From contig DHPR01000027.1 of NCBI GenBank assembly GCA_002410925.1, forward strand, positions 1 to 64,000: a DNA stretch of 64,000 nucleotides. The letters run 5' to 3'. The notes beneath the pieces are model-generated. The model worked only from the letters and a program-made list of their open reading frames with translations. It ran no database searches and was not told the DNA's origin. Positions 9,876 through 18,716 of the stretch are shown here, in pieces; position 1 is the stretch's first letter, and every line of letters starts with the position of its first letter. A program made the position numbers and the translations under genes. The stretch is from a bacterium UBP13_UBA5359 (GTDB taxonomy: Bacteria > UBP13 > UBA5359).

Positions 9876-11366
9876 CTATGCCAACACCTCACTGTCGGTT
9901 TCAGACAACTCTTCATCCTTACCGCGCCTGAGAGCCAATATAGCCCTGATATTCTTGCCGAACATGGCATAATAGATTATCCAACATATCGCCATTCCTA
10001 TAAAACCAAGTCCCAATGAAGCGCTGGCGCTGGCTGGATGAAAGAGAATGCCGATTGGAATGAAGACAGCTGCGCATACGGCGTAAAGCAACGATAAATC
10101 AAAAGCCATCTTCCACAATCTTCCACCTAATACCAATGCCAGCCCATATAGCTGCACAAGGCTGCCCGGAGATATCAGATTAGCATAAGCCATACCCATA
10201 GCCCTGAAGCGCAATGTAAGAAGCCATCCCAGCACCAATAAGGAAACGAGGCCGATTATAGAGCTTAGAAAGAATATCTTGTCCCTATGGTGTACTTTAA
10301 GTACGGCTATACCAAGACGGTTGAAAGGCACTAGAGCCGGCCCGAGAGCTATAATGCGCAGCAGCGGCACCGACGGCAACCACTGCCGCCCCAGCAGAAG
10401 CAGAACGTAGTGTTGAGCATTGATAAAAATAAGCGCTAAAACCGGTAACTCTACCGCCAGAAGAATTATAGTTCCCAAATGATAGATGTTGAAAAGTCTC
10501 TCTACATCATCCTTGTAGCGGGCCAAAGTAGGATAGAATATACGATACAAGGATGGGAAAATCAGCTTGTTAGGCAAAAAAGCCCAGGTATAGGCAATAA
10601 AGTAATATCCAACTTCATGGCTGGTAAGCAGACTGCCTAATATACCATTGTCTATATAGCCGAGCGATGTTCCAACCAGACCGTTAAAGAAGAGAAAGCT
10701 GCTGCGAAAGAGAAGCTCCGGAATATGCCGCTTGTTAAATTCCAGCGATATCGTTCTACCGGCACGCAGCCAAAGCGAGAGAGAATATGCCAGCATGCCT
10801 GTACTATGCCCGGCCACCAGGCTCCAAACTCCGTATCCCCGATGCCCCATAGCCAAGCTGACAAGAGCAAAGGTTCCTATCTGAAGCAGCTCGCAAAGCA
10901 AAGCCTTATCGACCAAAAGCTCTTTATCTAAAAAAGCTCTGGGTATCATAGCCAGGCCTTCCGGCAGAAGCATCAGAGAGAATATCCGCAACAGGTATGG
11001 CAGACGCGGATCCCAGATATGCGCCTGTGGAGCAAGTATCCATATCAGACTGATAACAACCAAAGACATAATGCCTTCCAGCATCAAGGCACTGCCGTAT
11101 TTCTTGCCATTATCCCTGATCAGGTGCAGCGGGATACCAAGATCTCTCATGGCTCCCCCGATAGTGATTATCAGAAGAGCCTCGGCAAAGAGACCCCAAT
11201 CGGCAGGAAGAATCAATCTGGCCAGGAGCAACCTGGCCAGCATATTGACACCGGTATTGAACGCTTGCGAAACATATGAACAGATGAGAGATACCATCAC
11301 TTTGTTCTTTGTTGTAGGATTCAAACTACGATTCCCGAATCTCAAAGATCTTAGAAGTTTTAACAT
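9876..11366 (-). CDS. Oligosaccharide flippase (Wzx/MOP family)
   Basis: About 12-14 hydrophobic segments; LARLILPADWGLFA, GYGVWSLVAG, VGYY; lies within the glycan cluster. Confidence 0.85.
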   Translation of the reverse strand: MLKLLRSLRFGNRSLNPTTKNKVMVSLICSYVSQAFNTGVNMLARLLLARLILPADWGLFAEALLIITIGGAMRDLGIPLHLIRDNGKKYGSALMLEGIMSLVVISLIWILAPQAHIWDPRLPYLLRIFSLMLLPEGLAMIPRAFLDKELLVDKALLCELLQIGTFALVSLAMGHRGYGVWSLVAGHSTGMLAYSLSLWLRAGRTISLEFNKRHIPELLFRSSFLFFNGLVGTSLGYIDNGILGSLLTSHEVGYYFIAYTWAFLPNKLIFPSLYRIFYPTLARYKDDVERLFNIYHLGTIILLAVELPVLALIFINAQHYVLLLLGRQWLPSVPLLRIIALGPALVPFNRLGIAVLKVHHRDKIFFLSSIIGLVSLLVLGWLLTLRFRAMGMAYANLISPGSLVQLYGLALVLGGRLWKMAFDLSLLYAVCAAVFIPIGILFHPASASASLGLGFIGMAICWIIYYAMFGKNIRAILALRRGKDEELSETDSEVLA

Positions 11367-11393
11367 TCTGTGCTTATACCCATCATCATTAAT

Positions 11394-14069
11394 TTATTTT
11401 CGAAAGATAACCTCAGCAGTCTTATTACCGGCTACGGCCGGCTGAACGATCCGCCCATTATACTTTATGCTGACTTTTGAGGCATCTCCAAGCCGAAGAG
11501 AGAGAGCCTTGTCATCTACTTGCCATTTGCGACTCTCTCCTACCGGTATAATTCCTTCAAAGATCTTTTCGCTCCCTTTCACCGCCCTCGCCCAGCATCT
11601 ACCCTTGGCAGTGATTTCAACCTCGCTTTTCCAGGTATCCGCAGCCCTGGCTGCAGGTATACCGGGACAGAGTAAATCATTACCGGCAGTTTTTCTTTCA
11701 GCCGTATCTTTTTCTGTTATTTCAGTAGCTTTTCTTTCCCTATTGCCAATAGCTGCGATACCGGATTGCCAGGTATGCATAACGACTCCAGCCGATTTCT
11801 CAGCTATATGAGTGCTATCGCTGATGATATTCCCGCTCCAGCTCTTGAGAACCCTGCCTGCAGCAACCATTTCCTTAATAATATACGGCCCTCCGTAATG
11901 TATAGCCATCCCCAGCAATACCGCCAGCAGCATTGAACCGGTGCTGATGACTGCTTTCCTCTTTAACCGGGACAGATCCACCGGCCTGGTAACATGCTGC
12001 CGATAGGCATTGTAACTTCTGACCTCCTCCGGCTCCACACCATTGATCAGCATACCTACTATCGGCGTGCCGACCATGGATAATTGCTCGGCTGCCAACA
12101 GGTGATCCTCCAGGCTGGAGCGGCCGGCACCGACTACCTCCAGAACACCATCGGCAAGGGATGCCAGAAGAGTAGAATCGGTAAAAGGCAACGAGGCTGA
12201 AGTATCGAAAAGCACAAACTCTCCCTGTTCGCGAAGATCAGCCATCAGCCGCTTCATCTCCTCTCCCCCCAAAAGCTCAGATGGATTGGCCGGAAGGGGA
12301 CCGCTCGGAAGAAGATAGAGGTTATCCACTACTGTCTTGCGGATGCCCTCCATCAGGGTATCCTTGCCGGTCAGAATACTGCTCAATCCCTTTTCGTTGG
12401 AGATACTAAAGATCTTATGCAATACAGGCTCTCGCAGATCCGCATCGACCAATAATACCCTTCTGCCGGATATAGCTAGCGAAGCAGCCAGATTAATGAC
12501 AGCCGTGCTGCGTCCTTCATGCGGACGCGGGCTGAACATAGCTACCACCTTTACATTGCTCTCACGGCATCTGAAAACAAAGGCTGTTCTCAACAAACGA
12601 TAAGCCTCGCCGAAGGGAGAAATATCCAAGGCATGATCCTGATGAATGGCGGGTAAAGACATTGAGCTGCCTGCCTGTCCGGCGCGGGGTATCTCGCCTA
12701 TCAACGGCTGCTTCAGCCTGATTCTGGCATCTTCTGCGTCCTTAACCGAATTATCCAGATAGTTAAGACCTAAAATGAACAAGACACCGATGAAGAGGCT
12801 GGATAGCATACCGAAAATCAGAGCTACAGAAGCATTAAGTGGTTTGTTTATCGGACCCTCTGCTACATCGGCCAAATCCACCAGTTTAACAGCCCCTATT
12901 CTTCCAGCTATATTGATGCTACCGGCAATAGCCTCGTTAAGACGATTGGTAAAGACCGTGTAGGCCTCTTCAGCCATACGAACCTCTCTTATCAGAGCAG
13001 CATAAGTGGTTTCCGACGATGAGACTCCATTCAACCGGCTCTCAATGCGCGCAACAGCTCCCTGGGCGCCTGTTGCCCTGGCACCGGCAGCTATGGCCAT
13101 GCTTGCCGCATCGACCATATCATTCATTAATTTATCATGCAAAGGATTGGCCTGGATTGTTTCAAAGCTAAATACTCTTCTGACCGCTCCATTCAATTGC
13201 GATCTGATCCGATTTATTTCTCGTTGCAAAGCAATGATATTGGGATGCTCGGCCGTATGAATAGAGGATTCATTGGCCAGCCGCATCTCCAATTCTATCA
13301 ATCTGCTTTCAAGTGCCTGAACAGACGGATTATTGGTTGTTCCCTGCTCATAGACACGATTTTCAGATTGGCTGGAAAGCTGGCTTTTGATTGAGGCCAG
13401 CCTGGCGGTACGTTCCCGCGCAGAAACAGCTGCATCTTCTTTCATAGCCATTAACGTACCATACTGCTGTAACAAGGCATCTCTGGCGTCAGGAAGGGCG
13501 ATGCCGCGGCTTCGGCGAAAACGGTCTAGCTTGGACTCAGCCGTTTGAAGCTTCTTTTGCGCTTTGCCGGTTTGCTCTTCAAGCACATGCCTGGCTTCGT
13601 TGCTTTCCTGGCGTGAAAAATTCTGATAATAGGAAATAAAGCTTTCCGCCAAGGTATTAGCCACTTCCGGTGCAGCCTCCCGATCCGGATAAACAACCGA
13701 GATTTCGATGATATCAGTATCGCTGGTGCCACTGGCGCTAAATGGCTCTACCTGCCGGGGCTTCACCTCCATCATTTCCCGCAGCCTCCCCGGAGTTAAA
13801 GAAAGATGCAGCCGGCTTACGGTTCTGGCACACACCTCCCTGCTGCCAGCAAGCTCCAGCAGATTGGCCATTCGTCTGTCTCTCTCAGTAGTATCGCTCC
13901 CCTCTCCCTGATTCAATATACCGTGAGAAGGCATAACGGCAGCTGTAGCTCTGTATAAGGGAGTATGGCGTGGCATTCTGGCCATGATTAGAGCCGCTAC
14001 CAGAGCCATCATAGCCAACAGATACCATTTACGCCGCCATATAAGACGGCCGTATTTCCAAAGTTCCAT
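11394..14069 (-). CDS. Polysaccharide co-polymerase / BY-kinase (Wzc/GumC-like) with an extra TM and a C-terminal RodZ-like (DUF4115) domain
   Basis: IWRRKW + TM, coiled coil, TM, EAYRLLRT, SPRPHEGRST, LLVDADLR, SGPLPANPSELL; C-terminal VEITAKGRCWARAV..FEGII..GE..LRLGDASKVSIKYNG. Confidence 0.85.
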   Translation of the reverse strand: MELWKYGRLIWRRKWYLLAMMALVAALIMARMPRHTPLYRATAAVMPSHGILNQGEGSDTTERDRRMANLLELAGSREVCARTVSRLHLSLTPGRLREMMEVKPRQVEPFSASGTSDTDIIEISVVYPDREAAPEVANTLAESFISYYQNFSRQESNEARHVLEEQTGKAQKKLQTAESKLDRFRRSRGIALPDARDALLQQYGTLMAMKEDAAVSARERTARLASIKSQLSSQSENRVYEQGTTNNPSVQALESRLIELEMRLANESSIHTAEHPNIIALQREINRIRSQLNGAVRRVFSFETIQANPLHDKLMNDMVDAASMAIAAGARATGAQGAVARIESRLNGVSSSETTYAALIREVRMAEEAYTVFTNRLNEAIAGSINIAGRIGAVKLVDLADVAEGPINKPLNASVALIFGMLSSLFIGVLFILGLNYLDNSVKDAEDARIRLKQPLIGEIPRAGQAGSSMSLPAIHQDHALDISPFGEAYRLLRTAFVFRCRESNVKVVAMFSPRPHEGRSTAVINLAASLAISGRRVLLVDADLREPVLHKIFSISNEKGLSSILTGKDTLMEGIRKTVVDNLYLLPSGPLPANPSELLGGEEMKRLMADLREQGEFVLFDTSASLPFTDSTLLASLADGVLEVVGAGRSSLEDHLLAAEQLSMVGTPIVGMLINGVEPEEVRSYNAYRQHVTRPVDLSRLKRKAVISTGSMLLAVLLGMAIHYGGPYIIKEMVAAGRVLKSWSGNIISDSTHIAEKSAGVVMHTWQSGIAAIGNRERKATEITEKDTAERKTAGNDLLCPGIPAARAADTWKSEVEITAKGRCWARAVKGSEKIFEGIIPVGESRKWQVDDKALSLRLGDASKVSIKYNGRIVQPAVAGNKTAEVIFRK

Positions 14070-14086
14070 CTCTTACCTCCGTCAGA

Positions 14087-14968
14087 TCATTTCCACATAT
14101 CTCTAAACAGGCTAAAGAGCCAAACACGTTGCAACATCTTATCCCAATCGATCGATCCTACCTCAGGAACGTAAACGGTATCTCCCGCCTTGAGAGTTAT
14201 ATCCTTATTCTTATCTCCACGCTGAATGATATCCTGAACGTTGATTTCTAGCCGCTCGGGCCTGGCCAGATCACCTCTGATGATTATGACTCGCTTGAGA
14301 TTAGCCCTGTCGGCACTACCGCCCGACCGGGCAATGGCGCCCATAACCGTAACGCTGTCCTCCAGCTGATAAAGCCCGGGGTTATTAACTCTGCCCAGAA
14401 CATAAATGGAATTATCCGCCCTCTCCGGCACGATAATAACGTCACCATCATTTATGTGTACATTCTCCTTCATCTGCCCATCGGCAAGAAGCGCCCGCAG
14501 GTTTACAGGCTCATACTTATTGCCGACACGGATAAGAGTACCCCGGCCGAGATCGGCCTTATCCAGCAAGCCTCCGGCCTGAGATATACCCTCCAGCACC
14601 GTGCTGCCTTGCCGAATATCGTAGACACCGGGGTTTCTCACTCGCCCCAGAACAAATACCCTGTCCTGTCGCGCCCTGACTATGCTGACGCTGATTTTGG
14701 GGTCTATGATGTACCGTGCCAGAGCCCTGGCTATACATCCGGCAGCTTCGTCTTCGTCAACACCGGCTACCTTGACGCTGCCGATCAGCGGCATAACAAT
14801 CTTACCGTCAGCGCTGACAGTTGTCGTTCTTGACATCTCCCTGTCGGACCAGACCGTTATTTCCAGTTGATCTTCAGACGCTATCAGCCTGGCGGCTGAG
14901 GCCTGTCCCGACATTAACAAGAGTAACACGGAAGTGAAAAGGAACGCTTGCTTAAAAAGGGCGTACAT
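14087..14968 (-). CDS. Polysaccharide export protein (Wza/OPX family, Poly_export + SLBB domains)
   Basis: Signal peptide; DQLEITVW, VSADGKIVMPLIGSV, two VLGRV.NPG.Y repeats, L..GD.VYVP. Confidence 0.88.
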   Translation of the reverse strand: MYALFKQAFLFTSVLLLLMSGQASAARLIASEDQLEITVWSDREMSRTTTVSADGKIVMPLIGSVKVAGVDEDEAAGCIARALARYIIDPKISVSIVRARQDRVFVLGRVRNPGVYDIRQGSTVLEGISQAGGLLDKADLGRGTLIRVGNKYEPVNLRALLADGQMKENVHINDGDVIIVPERADNSIYVLGRVNNPGLYQLEDSVTVMGAIARSGGSADRANLKRVIIIRGDLARPERLEINVQDIIQRGDKNKDITLKAGDTVYVPEVGSIDWDKMLQRVWLFSLFRDMWK

Positions 14969-14969
14969 A

Positions 14970-15012
14970 ACAATCCTCCCCTTGGTGTTTGCTTATTCAA
15001 GGGGAGGATTGT
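14970..15012. repeat. Perfect 15-bp inverted repeat covering the wza Shine-Dalgarno
   Basis: ACAATCCTCCCCTTG (14970-14984), 13-nt loop, CAAGGGGAGGATTGT (14998-15012). Confidence 0.9.
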
Positions 15013-15028
15013 GCAGGAAGTGTGCCAA
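15012..15028 (-). promoter_or_regulatory. sigma54 (-24/-12) promoter of the polysaccharide operon
   Basis: Minus strand TTGGCACACTTCCTGCA = TGGCAC-N5-CTGCA with exact GG-N10-GC spacing. Confidence 0.7.
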
Positions 15029-15047
15029 AGAGAGGCCGCCTTTCGGC

Positions 15048-15893
15048 TTATTCTTCTATTGCCAGCCTGGAAATGAACTGGGAAGGCGTAATTCCCTCCC
15101 TGCGCTTGAAAATGTAGCTGAAATAATGAATATCATCATAGCCCGTCCGCCGGGCGATTTCACTGATGGAAAGATCTGTCTCCACCATCAAGCGCTTAGC
15201 TTCGCTCAGACGATGATTGGTTAGATAATCCAGCGGGGTACGCCCAAAGAGGGCTTTAAAGGCGCGTCCGAAATAATCCACGCTAAGTCCCACCGCGCCG
15301 GCTATCTCTGCCAAAGTCAGGTTCTTTCGGTAATTGGCCTGTATAAATCTTTCCGATTGGAGTATGTTTTTGCGGCATTTAGAGTAGGTATCCCCTTCAT
15401 CAGTATGCTTTCCGGTATAATTCTCAGCCACAATTCCCAGCAGCGCCTGCATATGACCGGCGGCTATTATATGCGAGACATCCGATGCCGCATAATTTTG
15501 CACCCGCAAGACGATATCCGCACACAGATCTCTGGCCCGGCTATCGGACATCAGGCGAACATGTCTGGGCCAGGGTATATCGTCCTCCAACACCGGCGCC
15601 TGCAGGCTTTCGGTTTTATCTCCGGTAAAATCGAAATGGATGAAATATCTGGAAAACGGGCGTTCCCCTTCAACTTCTACATGAAAAGATTCGCCCGGAA
15701 AAACCGTGACTACATCGCCTATCTCCATGATATAGCGGCAGCCGCCGATCACTATGGCGCCGCGGCCGCGGTAGGCCAGGTGCAAATCGTGATCCATCAA
15801 AGGTTCGGATTTCATGCTGCCGTCATATCCAGGCTCGAACGCCGCCTTGCCGGCGCTCCTGACAACGGGATTTATATCTGCCAGTTGCAACAT
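15048..15893 (-). CDS. AraC family transcriptional regulator
   Basis: N-terminal cupin; LTLAEIAGAVGLS..YF.R.FK, LSISEIA..TGYDD.HYFS..FK..G.TPSQF. Confidence 0.92.
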   Translation of the reverse strand: MLQLADINPVVRSAGKAAFEPGYDGSMKSEPLMDHDLHLAYRGRGAIVIGGCRYIMEIGDVVTVFPGESFHVEVEGERPFSRYFIHFDFTGDKTESLQAPVLEDDIPWPRHVRLMSDSRARDLCADIVLRVQNYAASDVSHIIAAGHMQALLGIVAENYTGKHTDEGDTYSKCRKNILQSERFIQANYRKNLTLAEIAGAVGLSVDYFGRAFKALFGRTPLDYLTNHRLSEAKRLMVETDLSISEIARRTGYDDIHYFSYIFKRREGITPSQFISRLAIEE

Positions 15894-15965
15894 TGCCCAT
15901 CAACCTCAAGGGGTATTATAGCACAATGAGATGGAAAGTTCAGAGTTCATCGTTTTATATCGTGC

Positions 15966-17789
15966 TTACATATCTTTGAACATTGCATTTATGCATCCCC
16001 GCACGGCATTGGTCAGCAGTATCTGCTCCGCTGCCTTCAGATCGCCGGGATAGAGAATACGCTCTGCCGCCCGGCCCGTATCCAGCAGGTGCTTCCTCAT
16101 TATTCCCGGCAAAAGACCGCATTCCAAAGGCGGGGTATAAAGCCGACCATTAAATTGCAGAAAGAGGTTGCTGATAGCTCCCTGCGTCAGTTCTTCTCTC
16201 TCGTTGAGAAAAAGAGTTTCATAATATCCCTGTTGCCGACAGGCTTTCAGTTCACACTCAAAGAGACTGCGGTTGGTGGTCTTGTGATAAAGAAAGAGGT
16301 CCTTTGAATCCACCGAAGTATCGGAGAGAATAACAACAGGCGTATCTGCGAACGAAGACCTTTCATGCAAGGTTGAGGAAGCCACCTCTACCGAGCCATC
16401 TGCCGCCAACAGCAGCCTGACCCGTAGGCGGCGGCTGGAGCACTGTTTCACTGCCTGAGACAGCTTTGCCGTTATTCTCTCTCGGCTGAACAGGAAATCG
16501 AAATAGCCGGCCGAGGCTTCCAGGCGCTGAAGATGCTCCGCCAGCCAAACAAAGCCTTTATCCCGCTCCCAAAGCATCGTCTCCAGCAAGTGGAACTCGG
16601 GCAGACGGGATGACAGAAACCGCCCTTTGAGCAGGCATTCCCGGTATTCATCCTCTGCGACGGAATCCCAAACAATGCCGCCGCCGGCGCCCATCTCTCC
16701 CTGCCCGGAACATCTATCCAAAGTCAAAGTTCTAATGGCCACGCTGAAGACCCCCTGCCGTCGTGGGCTGATCCAGCCGATAGCTCCGGTATAGATGCCG
16801 CGCGGTGCCCGTTCCAGATCTGCAATAATCTGCATGGAACGCACCTTGGGTGCACCGGTCACCGAGCCACAGGGGAAGAGCGCCCTGAAAATATCCGGCG
16901 CCAAAATATCCTCTCTTAACCGCCCTGCCACCGTAGAGGTCATCTGCCATAAGGTGGGATGGCGCTCCAGGGTGAGGAGTTCAGGCACGACCACAGAGCC
17001 GGAGAGGCAGATGCGCTCCAGCTCATTGCGCATCAAATCAACAATCATGACGTTCTCAGCCCGGCTCTTGGCATCCGCTGCCAGCCATTCGGCCACGGCC
17101 GTATCTTCCATGACCGTTCTGCCTCTGGGGGCTGTGCCCTTCATCGGCTTGCAGACGATGCTCTCCCTGCCTAACCTGAAGAAGAGTTCGGGTGAAAAGG
17201 AGGGTATATCCAACTTGCCGCAACGCATGAAAGCCGAGTAAGGCACCGGCTGAGACCGCCGCAGCTGATCGTACAGCTCTGCCGGCGAGCCGGTGTACTC
17301 AAAATCCAACCGGCCGGTATAGTTGATCTGAAAGGTCTCCCCGGCGGCGATCAACTCCTTGATGCTGGCCAGATCGGCGGCATACCGCTCCCGGGAGAGA
17401 TTGAACCGGGCCTCTATTTCGGCATCAGCACTCCTGATTACGCTGTCGGCTGCCACCGGACACAGGCAATCGGACGGGGAAGTATAGATTCCCAGCCAAA
17501 CAAGCGGCATATCCGGCAACGGTGCTCCCGCTATCCGCTCAAAGGCATAGCCGGCCTCGTAAGCCAGGTAGCCGGCTAGCCAGTAGCCGGAGGCCAGCGC
17601 CTCCTCTGCCCTGGTCAGCGCCGCTTCCACCTGCCACGTCTCACGGCAGCTTATAACTTCCACCGCATTTCGGAATAGATAAGAGGCGCTATCCTCTGCC
17701 CCGGCACGGCAGCACTCCAGCAGGATAAAGTCAGCGCCGCTTTGCTCCAGACGGCGTAATGCATTCAACGAAAAGGATTCCACAAACAA
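15966..17789 (-). CDS. pabB: Aminodeoxychorismate synthase component I fused to a class IV aminotransferase-like ADC lyase
   Basis: GETFQINYT, SFSPELFF, KPMKGT, AENVMIVDLMRN, FPCGSVTGAPK; C-terminal LLETM, HKTT.R, LYTPPLECGLLPGIMR. Confidence 0.88.
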   Translation of the reverse strand: MFVESFSLNALRRLEQSGADFILLECCRAGAEDSASYLFRNAVEVISCRETWQVEAALTRAEEALASGYWLAGYLAYEAGYAFERIAGAPLPDMPLVWLGIYTSPSDCLCPVAADSVIRSADAEIEARFNLSRERYAADLASIKELIAAGETFQINYTGRLDFEYTGSPAELYDQLRRSQPVPYSAFMRCGKLDIPSFSPELFFRLGRESIVCKPMKGTAPRGRTVMEDTAVAEWLAADAKSRAENVMIVDLMRNELERICLSGSVVVPELLTLERHPTLWQMTSTVAGRLREDILAPDIFRALFPCGSVTGAPKVRSMQIIADLERAPRGIYTGAIGWISPRRQGVFSVAIRTLTLDRCSGQGEMGAGGGIVWDSVAEDEYRECLLKGRFLSSRLPEFHLLETMLWERDKGFVWLAEHLQRLEASAGYFDFLFSRERITAKLSQAVKQCSSRRLRVRLLLAADGSVEVASSTLHERSSFADTPVVILSDTSVDSKDLFLYHKTTNRSLFECELKACRQQGYYETLFLNEREELTQGAISNLFLQFNGRLYTPPLECGLLPGIMRKHLLDTGRAAERILYPGDLKAAEQILLTNAVRGCINAMFKDM

Positions 17790-17861
17790 AAGACCACCCC
17801 CATGAGGACCGGGATGGCCGTCGCAGACCTGACATAGCCCTTGTATATTAAAACAACTATT

Positions 17862-18121
17862 TTAAAACTTACCGTAGACGTCTTTTCTATGCTCCGCGTA
17901 GATTACCAATATCAACAGCTTGCCATCTTCAATGGTATATATTACCCTGTAATCTTCAACCCTTATCCGATAGATATCTTCCTTATTTTCCAGCTTTTCT
18001 ATACCGTTAGGACGCAGGGTTATTGCCAAATCCTTTATCGTTGCAACCAAAGGGCTTGAATTCGGCCGGGAAAATTCTTCAACCTTCGTCGTGCTCCGGA
18101 GGACAGTATGGCATCATACAT
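17862..18121 (-). pseudogene. Frameshifted RelE/ParE family toxin
   Basis: ATG 18121 gives MYDAILSSGARRRLKNFPGRIQAL.. and stops at 18035; the RelE core (RPNGIEKL..YRIRVEDYRVIYTI..HRKDVY) is in another frame, 1 nt out. Confidence 0.75.
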
Positions 18122-18134
18122 CTCAAACCCTCAT

Positions 18135-18398
18135 CTAATCCTTATCGATGTTCAGCTCTGCCTCTACCTCTGCCAGGATATGATACTCCCCTCTTTTGAT
18201 TTCTGCCAATGCAGCATGAGCTTCGCGAAGGTCTATCTTATCTTCGAGTTTCTGCAGGGCTTCCAAATCCTCTAAAGGAACAAGCACCGCCATTGCTTTG
18301 CCTCTCTTACCGATAGTTATTCTCTCTTTACCATAAGCAACACGGTTCAGAAGGTCCCCAAGTTGATCTCTGGCTTCTATTGCATTTATAGCAGCCAT
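18135..18398 (-). CDS. Phd/YefM family antitoxin
   Basis: INAIEARDQLGDLLNRVAYGKERITIGKRGKAMAVLVPLED. Confidence 0.9.
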   Translation of the reverse strand: MAAINAIEARDQLGDLLNRVAYGKERITIGKRGKAMAVLVPLEDLEALQKLEDKIDLREAHAALAEIKRGEYHILAEVEAELNIDKD

Positions 18399-18506
18399 TC
18401 TATACTACTCCCAAACCCATTATAAATTTATGTTTATAAAAGCACGAAACGTACTTTTATTACTTCTTACACTTTTTATACCCCTATATCCCAAAAAGTC
18501 AATACC

Positions 18507-18647
18507 TCATCTGTCTTTGCATATCTCCTTCAAATCTCCCTCCCATTCCACGACAGAGCCCTTCAGCTCTTTCAAAACCCTTGCCTGCCTGGCGAGCCTG
18601 ACCCGCTTGCGCAGAGACTCTATAACTATAGCCAAAGCAGTCTTCAT
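18507..18647 (-). pseudogene. Internally deleted VapB-like antitoxin (46 aa, not in ORF track)
   Basis: GGAGG RBS then MKTALAIVIESLRKRVRLARQARVLKELKGSVVEWEGDLKEICKDR; the L.G..EWEGDL tail resembles VapB-type antitoxins. Confidence 0.55.
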
Positions 18648-18716
18648 TTTTATCCTCCGTGTCAGCTATTGCTTGCTATAACCCTTTTGCACGTTTTTCA
18701 TAATGCATGTTTTGCA

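Noticed and set aside
18035-18115. Programmed -1 frameshift in relE
   Set aside because: No X XXY YYZ heptamer in the correct frame and no obvious stimulatory structure
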